A stretch of DNA of 64,000 nt. Source: Candidatus Bathyarchaeota archaeon. GTDB taxonomy: Archaea > Thermoproteota > Bathyarchaeia > Bathyarchaeales > Bathycorpusculaceae. The notes beneath the pieces were generated by a model. It saw only the letters and a program-made list of their open reading frames with translations, searched no databases and was not told the origin of the DNA. The stretch spans positions 32,001 to 96,000 of the forward strand of contig CAVYES010000003.1 of the NCBI GenBank assembly GCA_963767735.1, written 5' to 3'. Shown here in pieces: positions 9,001-21,100 of this stretch; within the stretch, counting starts at the first letter, position 1, and each line of letters opens with the position of its first letter. A program made the translations under genes and the position numbers.

Positions 9001-9391
9001 AGCGCCATGCCACAAAGTCGCAACTTACGCCACGACAAAAGTCGCAACTTAAAAATCTGCACAGAAAACCCGCTTTCTAATATTTACGTTCTGCCAGAAA
9101 CCATTTTTCGCCTTACGCTTCGGTTTTGCTCTTCTTTCCCGTTTTTCTTTATGCAGCGGCAAGTCAGCAAACATTTTTTAGTGTAGTTACATTATGAAAG
9201 TTTAGCGCTCCTTTAGTTTAACCGCAATATGCAAGGTAAGGTTTATTAGATAGCTCTGTAGCATGTGTTTGTGCTCTTAGAAAAGTCCGTGGAATCCTTT
9301 TTCAAATTGGTGAACCCCATATCGAAGGAGTTGGAAGTTTGAAAACACTAACAAAATCACAAAATAATAAAATTATTGGAGAATCGAGAAT

Positions 9392-12300
9392 TTGACTACC
9401 CTTATCCAAAAAGAAGATATCCGCGAGTTACTAAAAACCTTCTTCAACCAAAAAGGCTTAGTCCGCCAACATCTAGACAGCTACAACGAATTCATCGACC
9501 ATGGTTTACAGGAAGTCGTAGATGAAGTCGCCGAAATCCCTATTGAAGTTCCAGAAAGCCCCTACAAAGTCAAACTTGGACAAATATGGGTAATCGACCC
9601 TCAATCAAGAATAACGAGCCCTTACGTAACCGAAGTCGACGGCACAAAACATGAAATTTACCCAATGGAAGCGCGACTGCGCAACTTAGCGTACTCGGCT
9701 CCTATTGCTTTGGAAATGACTCCTGTCATCGATGGAAGAGAACAGGACACTGAACTTGTTTACATCGGCAACATTCCTGTCATGCTTAAATCAAAACTCT
9801 GCTTCTTATCCCAGCTATCTGAAGAAGAACTCATAGCCGCCGGAGAAGACCCAGATGACCAGGGCGGATACTTTGTCGTTAACGGTTCCGAACGCGTCAT
9901 CGTCGCCATGGAAGACTTGGCACCTAACCGCGTAATCGTCGACATCGACGAGAAAGGAACCTCACCAGTTTATCAAGCAAAAATTTTCTCAACCACCGTC
10001 GGCTTCAGAGCAAGAATTGAACTTAAACTCAAATCAGACGACGCCATCTACGTGACCATGCCCGGAGTACCCACAGAAATCCCCTTCGTCGTCATAATGC
10101 GCGCATTGAGCTTGGAAAAAGACAAAGACATTGCAGAGGCAGTCTCGCTTGACAGCGAAATGCAAACCCAACTTGCTTCATCATTCGAAAAAGCCATCGG
10201 CGTAGACACACCTGCAGACGCAATCCTGTTCATCGGTAACCGCGTAGCTCACGGACAAGTTGAAGAGTACCGTTTACAAAAAGCTGAAACCGCCCTTGAC
10301 AAAAACTTCTTGCCGCACCTTGGCAGAAGCGAAAAGAACCGACAGGAAAAAGCAATTTTCCTAGGCGAAATGGCCTACAGAGTTTTACAGTTAAAAACGG
10401 GCAGAAGGCAACCTGACGATAAAGACCACTTCAAAAACAAACGTCTACGCCTCGGTGGCCCGCTTCTAGCAGACCTCTTCCGCGTATCATTCAGAAACTT
10501 AACCAGAGACATAAAGTACCAGCTTGAACGCATAGGCGTTAAAGGACCAATCATAACCGTTTCAGCCGCAGTCCGCCCCGGAATAATAACTGAACGTTTC
10601 CAGCATGCGTTGGCAACAGGCAACTGGGGAAGAGGCAGAGTCGGCATCACCCAGCTACTTGACCGAACAAACTACATCTCAACGTTGAGTCACCTGCGTA
10701 GACTTCAATCGCCGCTGAGCAGAAGCCAACCAAACTTCGAAGCCAGAGACCTACACCCAACCCACTGGGGAAGATTATGTCCAAACGAAACCCCTGAAGG
10801 CTCTAACTGTGGCTTAGTCAAAAACTTGGCACTATCAGCCTCCATAGCCGTCGGAGTAAACCCCGATAGAGTAAAGCAGTTACTTTTTGAAATGGGATCC
10901 GTTCCAGCAGGGGAAGCCAGCCGAGAACTGCGCATTTCAGGAGCTAAAGTTTTCGTTGACGGAAACATAATTGGCTACTGCAATAACCCGCAGGAAATGG
11001 TCAAGTCTTTCCGAGAAAAAAGAAGAGCTGGAGAAATCTCAACCGAAGTAAACGTAACATACTTCTCAAGACAGCAAACTGAAACCGAAGAAGTTCATGC
11101 CAACTGTGATGAAGGCAGAGTCAGACGCCCACTCATAATTGTTGAGAATGGCGTTTCAAAACTTCAGCCTAAACATTTTGAAAAAATCGGTTTAGGCGAG
11201 TGGACTTGGGAAGACGTAGTTAAGAATGGTTTAATTGAATATTTGGACGCTGAAGAAGAAGAAAACGCTTACATCGCATTAACCTTCGATGCAATTCAAC
11301 CAACAAACACTCATGTGGAAATTGCCACTTATACGATTCTTGGAATCTGCGCCTCAACGATTCCGTATCCTGAACATAATCAGTCGCCTCGTAATTCGTA
11401 TCAAGCAGCTATGGCTAAACAGGCGCTGGGCGTTTACGGTACAAATTTCCATCACCGAGTTGACTCACGTTCACACATACTGCACTATCCCCAAGTACCC
11501 ATGGTTGAAACCGAACTGATGGAAGTTATGGGTTACAAGCAGCGACCCACTGGACAAAACTGCATCGTGGCCGTGCTCAGCTTCGAAGGCTACAACATGG
11601 AAGACGCTATAATATTCAACAAAGCATCTATAGAACGCGGCTTAGCCAGATCCACATTCTACCGAATTTACGAAGCAGAATGCCGCCAATACTTAGGCGG
11701 ATTAAAAGACAAGTTCACAGTTCCAGAACCTGGAACCCGCGGTTACCGAGGCGAACAATATTATCGGTTGTTGGAACCCGACGGAATAATAAGTTTAGAA
11801 TCACAGGTTGTCGGCGGAGACGTATTAATTGGCAGAATCAGCCCCCCGAGATTCCTCGAAGAATACAAAGAATTTGAAGTTAAAGGTCCATCAATGCGAG
11901 ATACCTCAGTCGACATGCGTCCCTCCGAAACAGGAATTGTAGACGGCATATTCATCACGATGTCAGGCGAAGGCAGCCAACTTGTAAAAGTACGAGTTCG
12001 CGATCAACGCGTTCCCGAACTTGGCGACAAATTTGCTTCACGACACGGACAAAAAGGGGTCATAGGATTAATTGTGCCGCAAGAGGACCTGCCCTTTACA
12101 GATGACGGCATGGTACCTGACCTAATAATCAACCCACATGCCATCCCTTCAAGAATGACCATCGGCCAGTTCATCGAATCCATCGCTGGAAAAACTGCTT
12201 CGGCAAGAGGAAAACCCGCAAACGGTACACCGTTCTCAAACGAAGGTCCCACTGAGATAAGAAAGAACCTTGTAAAACTTGGTTATAGCCATACGGGAAG

Positions 12301-12760
12301 CGAAGTCTTCTACAATGGCACCACAGGCGAAAAGTTCGTTGCTGACATCTTCGTCGGCGTAGTCTACTATCAAAAACTTCACCACATGGTTGCTGACAAA
12401 ATACACGCCAGAGCCCGCGGTCAAGTCCAGATGTTAACCAGACAACCCACCGAAGGCAGAGCCCGAGGCGGTGGTCTGCGATTCGGAGAAATGGAGCGAG
12501 ACTGCCTCATCGGTCATGGCGCTGCAATGCTGCTCAGAGACAGATTGCTGGAAGAGTCAGACAAGTATACACTCTACATCTGCGAGAACTGCGGTCAAAT
12601 CGCCTACTTTGACATGAAGCAAAGGCGTTATGTATGCAGGATATGCGACGAAAAAGCAAAGATTTCACCCGTAATCGTCTCGTACGCTTTTAAGCTTCTA
12701 CTGCAGGAGCTTCAAAGCCTATGCATTACCCCAAAATTAAGACTTAAGGAGAAGGCCTAA
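9392..12760 (+). CDS. rpoB: DNA-directed RNA polymerase subunit Rpo2 (B, unsplit)
   Basis: GYFVVNGSER, CPNETPEG, GDKFASRHGQKG, GGLRFGEMERD and C-terminal Zn finger; 1122 aa. Confidence 0.99.
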   Translation: MTTLIQKEDIRELLKTFFNQKGLVRQHLDSYNEFIDHGLQEVVDEVAEIPIEVPESPYKVKLGQIWVIDPQSRITSPYVTEVDGTKHEIYPMEARLRNLAYSAPIALEMTPVIDGREQDTELVYIGNIPVMLKSKLCFLSQLSEEELIAAGEDPDDQGGYFVVNGSERVIVAMEDLAPNRVIVDIDEKGTSPVYQAKIFSTTVGFRARIELKLKSDDAIYVTMPGVPTEIPFVVIMRALSLEKDKDIAEAVSLDSEMQTQLASSFEKAIGVDTPADAILFIGNRVAHGQVEEYRLQKAETALDKNFLPHLGRSEKNRQEKAIFLGEMAYRVLQLKTGRRQPDDKDHFKNKRLRLGGPLLADLFRVSFRNLTRDIKYQLERIGVKGPIITVSAAVRPGIITERFQHALATGNWGRGRVGITQLLDRTNYISTLSHLRRLQSPLSRSQPNFEARDLHPTHWGRLCPNETPEGSNCGLVKNLALSASIAVGVNPDRVKQLLFEMGSVPAGEASRELRISGAKVFVDGNIIGYCNNPQEMVKSFREKRRAGEISTEVNVTYFSRQQTETEEVHANCDEGRVRRPLIIVENGVSKLQPKHFEKIGLGEWTWEDVVKNGLIEYLDAEEEENAYIALTFDAIQPTNTHVEIATYTILGICASTIPYPEHNQSPRNSYQAAMAKQALGVYGTNFHHRVDSRSHILHYPQVPMVETELMEVMGYKQRPTGQNCIVAVLSFEGYNMEDAIIFNKASIERGLARSTFYRIYEAECRQYLGGLKDKFTVPEPGTRGYRGEQYYRLLEPDGIISLESQVVGGDVLIGRISPPRFLEEYKEFEVKGPSMRDTSVDMRPSETGIVDGIFITMSGEGSQLVKVRVRDQRVPELGDKFASRHGQKGVIGLIVPQEDLPFTDDGMVPDLIINPHAIPSRMTIGQFIESIAGKTASARGKPANGTPFSNEGPTEIRKNLVKLGYSHTGSEVFYNGTTGEKFVADIFVGVVYYQKLHHMVADKIHARARGQVQMLTRQPTEGRARGGGLRFGEMERDCLIGHGAAMLLRDRLLEESDKYTLYICENCGQIAYFDMKQRRYVCRICDEKAKISPVIVSYAFKLLLQELQSLCITPKLRLKEKA

Positions 12761-12762
12761 CA

Positions 12763-15700
12763 ATGTCACAGCAGGAAGAATTAATCCATAAAATAGTCGA
12801 TGAAATCTCATTCGGCTTGATTTCACCTAAAGACCTCCGTAAACAATCAGTGGTTGAAATCCAAACACCAGACACCTACGATGAAGACGGAGCACCCATC
12901 ACCGCCGGCTTAATGGATGGCAGACTAGGCACCCTTGAGCCCAGACAAAGATGCAAAACATGCGGCAACACAGCAATTCGCTGCCCGGGACACTTCGGGC
13001 ACATCGAACTAGCCGTACCAATCGTGCATATAGAATTCACAAAAATAATTTTCGACCTTCTGAAAGCCACCTGCCGCAGCTGCGGTCGCATACTCTTATC
13101 CGAAGATGGTGCTAAGAAGGCGCGCGCCCGAATCGAACGGTACAATGAGCTTTTAGGCACAATTCCAGATGAAGTTTACAAGGAAATAATGACTGAAATA
13201 AAAGCTAAACAATGCCCCTACTGTGCCTCAGCCCAGTACAAGATTACATTTGAGAAGCCAACAAAGTTTATTGAGCAGACTGAAGCAGGCTCCGAGCCAT
13301 TGACGCCCAGCATGATTCGTGAAAGGCTTGAACGCGTCTCAGACGAAGACCTTGAAATCTTAGGTTTCAATCCGAAAGTTGCACGCCCAGAATGGATGGT
13401 TCTGCAGGTTTTGCCTGTACCCCCAGTTTACGTTCGCCCATCAATCACTTTAGAATCAGGCATCCGCTCTGAAGACGATTTAACCCATAAACTCGTAGAC
13501 ATTATCCGTATTAATCAGCGTTTGAAGGAGAACATGGAAGCAGGTGCACCTACGCTTATCATTCAAGACCTCTCTGAGCTTTTGCAGTACCATGTTACCA
13601 CGTACTTTAACAATGAAGCCTCAGGCATTCCGCCAGCAAGGCACCGCAGTGGCCGCGCATTAAAGACTCTCTCGCAAAGGCTTAAGGGAAAGGAAGGTCG
13701 ATTCAGAAGCAACCTTTCAGGCAAACGAGTTGACTTTTCAGCCCGTACCGTCATCTCTCCTGACCCGAACCTTGACATTAACGAGGTTGGTGTTCCAGTA
13801 GATGTTGCCATGCGGTTATCTGTTCCAGAAAAAGTCACAGCATGGAACATTGAGGAACTGAAGAAACTTGTAATTAACGGTCCAGAAAACTATCCTGGCG
13901 CATTATACATTATTAGGCCAGATGGCAAGCGCATTAGGCTTGAATTCGTTGTTGACCGAACCAAAATCGCTGAAGCTGTAGAGTTAGGATTCGTAGTTGA
14001 ACGGCACCTCAAGAACGGTGACATTGCAATCTTTAATCGGCAGCCTTCACTTCACCGCATGTCAATTATGGCTCATTACGTGCGGGTTTTGCCATACAAG
14101 ACTTTCCGTCTCCACCTCTGCGTTTGCCCACCCTACAACGCTGACTTTGACGGCGACGAAATGAACCTTCACGTTCCACAAAGCGAAGAAGCAAGAACCG
14201 AAGCACTCCTGCTAATGCAGGTTCAAGACCAAATCCTCTCACCCAGATTCGGCGGACCCATCATCGGTGCAATAAGGGACTTTATCACAAGCGCCTACTA
14301 CTTCACTCGAAAAGGAAACTACCTGACCAGAAGCCAAGTTAACAGGCTGCTAACCACAACAGAATACGAAGGGGAACTGCCAGAACCAGAAATTAAGGAG
14401 CCGCAACCCATGTGGTCAGGCAAACAAATATTCAGCCTGTTCCTGCCAAAAACGTTGAATTACGTTTTGAAAGCCAACATTTGCCAAGGCTGCACAAAAT
14501 GCGAAGAAGAAGAGTGCAAACACGACGCTTATGTAGTGGTCAGAAATGGCCAGTTAGTCTCAGGCGTTATCGATAGGAAGTCGATCGGTGCTGAGCAATC
14601 TGAAAGTCTCCTTCACAGAATAATCAAAGATTATGGCACCCAAGCAGGACGAGAATTCCTCAACAAGATAACTCACCTGCTAAAACTATACATTTCAATG
14701 CGAGGATTCAGCTACACCTACGATCAACTTGTTCTCTCGCCGAAAGCCCGCAATCGCATGGCAAAGACCATGGAGCGCATCCAAAAGAAAATTGATGATC
14801 TCATCGAAAACTACCGTAATGGAACCCTACCGCGCTTGCCTGGACAAACTTTAGAGGAATCCTTCGAAATCTACGTTATGCATGAACTTGCCACAGCCAG
14901 AGACGAATCAGGCAAAATAGCAGACGAAGACTTTACATTGGAAAACGCGGGCATCGTCATGACCAGAACAGGCGCAAGAGGCTCAAGCTTAAACATTGGT
15001 CAAATGGCTGCTTGCGTTGGGCAACAATCAGTGCGAGGCAAACGTATCTTGCGAGGCTACGCTGGACGAGCGCTGCCACACTTTGTTGATGGTGATCCAA
15101 GTCCACGAGCAAGAGGCTTCGTTTATAACTCTTACCAGAGCAGGTTTGGACGCGATTGAATTCTTCTTCCATGCTATGGGTGGCAGGGAAGGTCTAGTTG
15201 ACACTGCCGTTCGCACTCAACAGAGCGGTTACATGCAGCGCAGGCTAATCAACGCTCTAGAGCATATTCGTTTGGAATACGACAGCACGGTACGTGATTC
15301 AGCCGGCGACATCATTCAGTTTAGGTATGGTGAAGACGGTGTTGACCCAGCTAAAAGTGACCATGGCAAAGCGGTAAACGTAAGCCGACTCATTGACCAA
15401 ATAAAAATCGGCGAAGAAAAAGGTGAAGCAGCATCAGCTGAGGAAATCAAGAAGCAGTTGAAACGCGTTGACGATCAGCTTACGCCGATTTTGATGACTC
15501 AGCTTAAACAAAACTTCGCGAAGAACAAGCTTACCAAGAAAAGTGTTGAAAAAGCCACAACCTCGACTGCTGAGCAATACAAGCGTGCTTTAATGGAGCC
15601 TGGTGAAGCAGTAGGAATCGTTGCTGCTCAATCAATAGGTGAACCAGGCACGCAGATGACTCTTAGAACCTTCCACTATGCTGGTGTCAAAGAACAAAAC

Positions 15701-16601
15701 GTTACCTTAGGCTTGCCAAGGCTCATCGAAATTGTTGATGCACGTAGGATTCCGTCTACGCCAATCATGACCATCTACTTAATAGGACGAAGCTGCGAAG
15801 AGCAAAGAGGGCGCTGTTGAAGTCGCAAGGAACATAATTTACACTTCAGTTGAAAACTTGGCTTCAGCAATCTACGAAGACCCTGTGCGTGAAGAAATCG
15901 TTATTGAATTAAGCAAGTCAATGATGGATGACAGAAATATAACAATGGATGAGCTGAAAGAACGGTTGGAATTGCAAAATGCAACAGTTACAATCACTGA
16001 TTATACAGTGCAGATTAAGCCGAAAAAAGCTGAACAGCTAAAGAGGATGTTAACCAAGATTCCAGGTTTTCAAGTTAAAGGTGTACCTGACATTAAACGT
16101 GTGCTGGTTACTGAAGAAAGCGGAGAATGGGTAATACGCACTGACGGCTCAAACTTGTCTAAAGTCTTAGAAGTTCATGGTGTGGACACTTCACGAACAA
16201 GCACCAACAACATTCACGAAATAGCTAAAACTCTCGGTGTGGAAGCTTCAAGAAACGCGTTAGTCAACGAGGCAAAAGGCGTCTTGGAAGACCAAGGCTT
16301 AGATGTTGATGTACGCCACGTTATGCTCGTAGCAGACATGATGACTACAACTGGCGATGTGCAGCAAATCGGCAGGCATGGCATTAGCGGCAAGAAAGCA
16401 AGTGTTTTAGCCCGCGCGGCATTCGAAATTACAGTGCCTAACATTGTTGAAGCGGCTGTGAAAGGTGAAAGTGACCCGTTGGCAGGTGTAACAGAAAACG
16501 TTATAGTCGGGCAGTCGATACCAATCGGCACAGGCTTAGTTGAATTGTACATGTCAACATTTGACAAACAAGCTAAACAAGGAGGAAAAACAGAAGCATG
16601 A
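12763..16601 (+). CDS. rpoA: RNA polymerase subunit Rpo1 (A'+A'' fused), interrupted by two apparent +1 indels (~15140, ~15785)
   Basis: NADFDGD catalytic motif. [21 protein letters not shown] and [17 protein letters not shown] lie in one frame, and [19 protein letters not shown] is at the end. Confidence 0.95.
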
Positions 16602-16909
16602 TAGATATAGATAAAGCGTTAGCGACAGCAGTGAAAACTGGCAAAGTATCCTTTGGAGCCAACGTTGCATTGCAGAACGCTAAAACTGGCAAGGCTAAGA
16701 TGATTGTTTTAGCCTCTAACTGTCCAAAAGACATAAAAGAACAGATAGAATACTATGGAGAAATCTCTAAAGTCCCCGTAATGACGTACAAAGGTGGCTC
16801 AATGGATTTAGCGGAAGTCTGCAAAAAACTCTTTATTATATCAGCCTTAAGCATCCGAGAAACTGGGGATTCAGAAATTCTCAAAATAACTGAAGAAGTT
16901 AAAGAATAA
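16598..16909 (+). CDS. rpl30e: 50S ribosomal protein L30e
   Basis: AVKTGKVSFG...AKMIVLASNCP...GDSEIL; conserved position after rpo1. Confidence 0.97.
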   Translation: MIDIDKALATAVKTGKVSFGANVALQNAKTGKAKMIVLASNCPKDIKEQIEYYGEISKVPVMTYKGGSMDLAEVCKKLFIISALSIRETGDSEILKITEEVKE

Positions 16910-16926
16910 AAAATGGAGGAAAAAAA

Positions 16927-17364
16927 CTGACAACCGGCATAAAAATCACCTGCGACGAAATGCGTTACATAGCATTGTTTGAAAGCATAAGCGGCGCCAG
17001 CGTGAAAGACTGCATAGTCGACGAAGTAGAGCAACGAGCAATATTCATCGTCAACCAAGGCCAAGTGGGCGTTGCCATAGGAAAAGGCGGCAGAAACATC
17101 CACACTCTCGAGCGAATGACGGGCAAAAAACACGAAATCATCGAGTACAGCGAAGACCCAGTTCAATTCATGAAAAACGCCCTCAAACCAGCAGCAGTCA
17201 GAGAAGTACGCGTCACAGAACGAACTGATGGCAAAAAGATGGCAGTCATCACCATCAACCCGAAAGATAAGGGCGTCGCAATAGGTAAAAACGGCAAAAA
17301 CGCCGAACGTTTGCGCTTTTTAGCAAAACGATACTTCGACATTCAGAACGTAAGCATCACCTAA
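16927..17364 (+). CDS. nusA: Archaeal NusA (two KH domains); conserved N-terminus starts upstream of ATG 16960
   Basis: TTGIKITCDEMRYIALFES, AIGKGGRNI and AIGKNGKN. Confidence 0.93.
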   Translation: MTTGIKITCDEMRYIALFESISGASVKDCIVDEVEQRAIFIVNQGQVGVAIGKGGRNIHTLERMTGKKHEIIEYSEDPVQFMKNALKPAAVREVRVTERTDGKKMAVITINPKDKGVAIGKNGKNAERLRFLAKRYFDIQNVSIT

Positions 17365-17473
17365 GCAGTCCGTAACTGGCTGACTAGGCGATGAAACGCT
17401 GCTGAATCTGTCTTCTTAAGACTAATTAGTACATAGCTTAATTTTTTGTTCGGGCTCTATTTTTTGCTCTGTT

Positions 17474-17592
17474 TGTTTTGGGTTGTTTTTTTGAAATAAA
17501 GCTTAAATCCTTTGCAGGCTGCGTATTTAAAGGTCCCAGAAAGTATCAAAAAGTCTCTTTTCGTCCCGAAAAGTCCTGGAAAGTATTTGAAA
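17474..17592 (+). promoter_or_regulatory. Dispersed element copy 3: leader with BRE/TATA-like aaagcttaaat + seven 10-bp-period GTnnnnnAAA repeats
   Basis: tgttttgggttgttttttt...tttgcaggctgcgta matches the reverse complement of copies 1 and 2; the array ends at the RBS of the next gene. Confidence 0.75.
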
Positions 17593-17602
17593 GGTGGTTT
17601 GG

Positions 17603-17880
17603 TTGCCGTTAAATCGAAGCGTTAGTTTCAAAACGATGTTGCAGAGCAGAATCGCCTGCAGATCCCCAAGTTGGTGCGATGGGAGTTTAAGTTGGAGACA
17701 TCTGATGTCTTAGAAGTCACCGTGACTATTGTCGGTGTGTTAGGCGTTCGAGAGAGGTTTTTGGCTAAGATGCAAAGGGGTGGGCGCATAGCTATTCCAA
17801 ATCTTACAATGGCGTTATTGAAGCGCGACAAGCCAAGCCTTGAAGGAAACGCTATAGAAGTTACCCTTGAACCCTTTTGA
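17603..17880 (+). CDS. Tandem AbrB/SpoVT-fold (MraZ-like) DNA-binding protein; one frameshift near 17648
   Basis: MPLNRSVSFKTMLQ joins NRLQIPKLVRWEFKL, followed by a second repeat FLAKMQRGGRIAIP; GGTGG RBS before TTG. Confidence 0.7.
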
Positions 17881-18003
17881 CGCAAGCAGTAGCTTTCGCT
17901 TGATTACTGCTTTCACATGATCAGCTGCCGTGCTAACTCTTGTCTGATGAGAGCGGTTTTGTTGTCCGTGGTCTTGTTATGATTTTAGAACCTATTTTAA
18001 TCT

Positions 18004-18046
18004 CCTTATATTATCTCCTTTTTCTTATAAAAAAAGGAATTTTATT
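18004..18046. promoter_or_regulatory. Palindromic operator-like element, shared with 23619-23661
   Basis: ccttatattatctcctttttcttataaaaaaaggaattttatt upstream of TATA-like cttaaata. Confidence 0.65.
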
Positions 18047-18125
18047 GGTTTTGTTTTAATTTTCTTACAAACTTAAATATAGAGCGAAGGAGCTTGAAAA
18101 TCAGAGAAAAAGGAGAAAAATAAAA

Positions 18126-21100
18126 ATGCAAAATCTAAAAAATAAATCTTTAGCTATTTTGATTGCAGCAATTCTAACAGTTTCAATAGGAGTCTCAATT
18201 ACGTTAATACCCTCTGCCAGTGCGCATACACCTGCATGGAATATTCCAACATACGCCTACATTGAGGCAGCACCTAACCCTGTAGGAGTCGGCCAGACAA
18301 TAGAAGTTTACATGTGGCTTGATTGCGTTTATGGAGCATCAGGCGGAACTACCGCCGCTGTCGGCACGAATGGCTACACAGCCAGCACAGGATTACTATC
18401 AAATGACTACCGATTCCACAACTACGAGCTCACCATCACGACACCTAACGGCACATCAACAACAACGACTTTTGCAATCGAAGAAGACACAACATCGAAC
18501 CAAATTACGTCTTTCACTCCCACCACTGTTGGCACATACACACTTAACTTTACCTATCCAGGACAAGTCTATGGCGCGAACGGAAACGGTTACTCCGGTT
18601 CAATACTGGTCAACGACACTTATCTGCCAAGCAGCGCGCAAACAACACTCACCGTGCAGTCAACACCAATCCCCGCCGCGATAACAAGCGAACCATTACC
18701 GACAGCTTACTGGACGCGCCCAATATTCGGTCAGAACTCTAACTGGTACACGATTTCTTCAAACTGGCTTGGTTTAGGCTCAGGCGGCTATGCTGGCTTA
18801 TCAACAGCCTTTGGCGGCAACGCAATTGGACCAGACGAAGCGCTATTTCACGCTGATGCTATAGGACCCCTAACTAGCCACGTCATGTGGACTCTGCCAA
18901 TTCAAAGTGGAGGAGTCGTCGGCGGGAACGCGTTTTTTGCTGGCGGTTCATATCCAGGCACTGGTCAAGGAGTCGGCTACTATGAAGGCACCGCATACCA
19001 GCAAAGATTCGTCAACCCCATAATAATGGACGGAATCCTCTACTTCACCACACCGATAGGATTCACCGGACCAGGCAGTGGACCAACCGAAGCAGTTAAC
19101 CTACAAACAGGACAAACCCTTTGGTCTTCAGCCAGCGTACCTCCGCTGTCATTTGGCTACATATACAACCTTTGGAACCCCGACGAACACGGAACTTTCC
19201 CACCGATTCTAGTCGCATCCAATTCAATCACCGGACAGTATGAGCTTTTTGATGCTCGAACAGGATATCCATTGTTCAACGTAACTGGTGTTCCAGCAAG
19301 CACTTCATTCTCAGTTCCAGTAAGCACTACAGTCTATTCTTTCGCAAACACAGTAGCAAGTAACACTGTTGCAGGTCCAAGCGGAGAACAGTTAAAGTAT
19401 GTCATCACCAACGACGGCACTGCAGCAAATCCACAATGGTTTATGTCTGAGTGGAACATGTCCAAACTATGGCAATACGACATTAATCCATACACAGGCG
19501 GAGGAAGCACCTCACCAGACATTATAAATGCAACAAACGGACTTCTTATACCAACTTTGCCTATTCCGCTTAATGGAGAAACCGGCACCCTACCAACTGG
19601 TCTATCCAGCGCGCCAGGTTCAGTCCCCTACGGTTCAGTGCTTACAGTCGCAGCAAACGTACCCATTAACGGCGTCAACGGAGTACTAAACTCCACCACT
19701 TATCCATCATTAGCCACTTACGACTGGAACGTTTCTTTACCATGGCTTAATACAATGCCTCCTGCGGCACCCGCTGTTAACCCCGTCACCGGACAATTAG
19801 TAAACCCGCCTGCCGGAGCAAACCCCGTAACGATTCTTGACGTTAACTATGGCGATAAAATGCTTTGCCTGAACGGCAGTTTTCCTGTTGGTTTCGCAGC
19901 AGCCGAATTACCTCTACAACTGCCCTTCTCACTCTTCGCCGTCAACCTCAATGCATCTAAGGGTTCAGTAGGTTCAGTACTTTGGACGCAGACATATAAC
20001 CCACCCGCAGGCAACCTCACAGTCGTACCAGGTCCATGTGACTTCCAGAACGGCGTTTTCGTTTTGAATTACAGAGAAACTCTACAGTACGTAGGATATA
20101 ACCTGAATAACGGCAATTTGCTTTGGGGCCCAACTCCATCTCAAAACTCTTGGGACTACTACGGCGGACCAAATAACGGCTACTTATCCGGTCAGGAAGC
20201 TTACGGCAACATCTACAGTGCTGCATACGCAGGAATAGTCTACTGCTATAACGATTTGACTGGCAAACTACTGTGGACCTACGGCAACGGCGGCGAAGGC
20301 AACAGCACCAGCGCTGGGTTGAACGTGTTTTACGGCGATTACCCAACTTTCGTAAACGCTATTGGTAATGGAGTGGTCTATCTGCTAAGTACAGAGCACA
20401 CTGTCACTGACCCGATTTACAAGGGTGCACTAGCACGTGCCATTAACGCCACCACAGGACAAGAAATCTGGACTCTCCCAGATTACACCAGCGAGTTCAA
20501 TTCGATGAGTTTTGCTATGGCAGACGGCTATGCAACATTCTTTAACGGATATGACGGCCAAATCTACAGTGTAGGCCAAGGTTCCAGCGCCACCACAGTA
20601 CAAGCACCACTGACAGCCATCACAGCAGGCACCAACGTTGCTATACAAGGAACAGTAATGGACACTTCCGCAGGTACACAGCAAACACAACAGAAAGCAG
20701 ACTTCCCAAGCGGAGTTCCATGTGCATCTGACGCAAGCATGACTCAGTGGATGAGCTATGTTTACCAGCAGCAACCAGAACCAACCAACTTCACAGGCGT
20801 AACAGTAACCTTGACCGCCATTGATCCCAACGGCAACTTCGTAACTCTCGGCACAGCCACTACCGATTCCAAAGGCTTATTCAACTTAATGTGGCAGGCT
20901 CCAAGTATCCCAGGCAAATACACTGTCACCGCTTCATTTGCAGGCAACAACGGTTACTGGGGATCAAGCGCCCAAACTACCATGATCGTGCAAAACGCTC
21001 CTTCTGCAACTGCCGCACCTACACCCGCTCCATCCTCAGTCGTTAACACATACTTTGTTCCAGCTGTCATCGCCATAATAGTCATAATCATCATAGGCTT

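Noticed and set aside
12763-16601. Three-way split or programmed frameshifting of Rpo1
   Set aside because: Breaks are not at the canonical junction, no slippery sites are evident, and similar indels occur across the window
17366-17410. C/D box sRNA after nusA (ctga..cgatga..ctga)
   Set aside because: No upstream C box and the guide would be only 7 nt
17940-17990. Hammerhead ribozyme (ctgatgag)
   Set aside because: No downstream GAAA core or supporting stems
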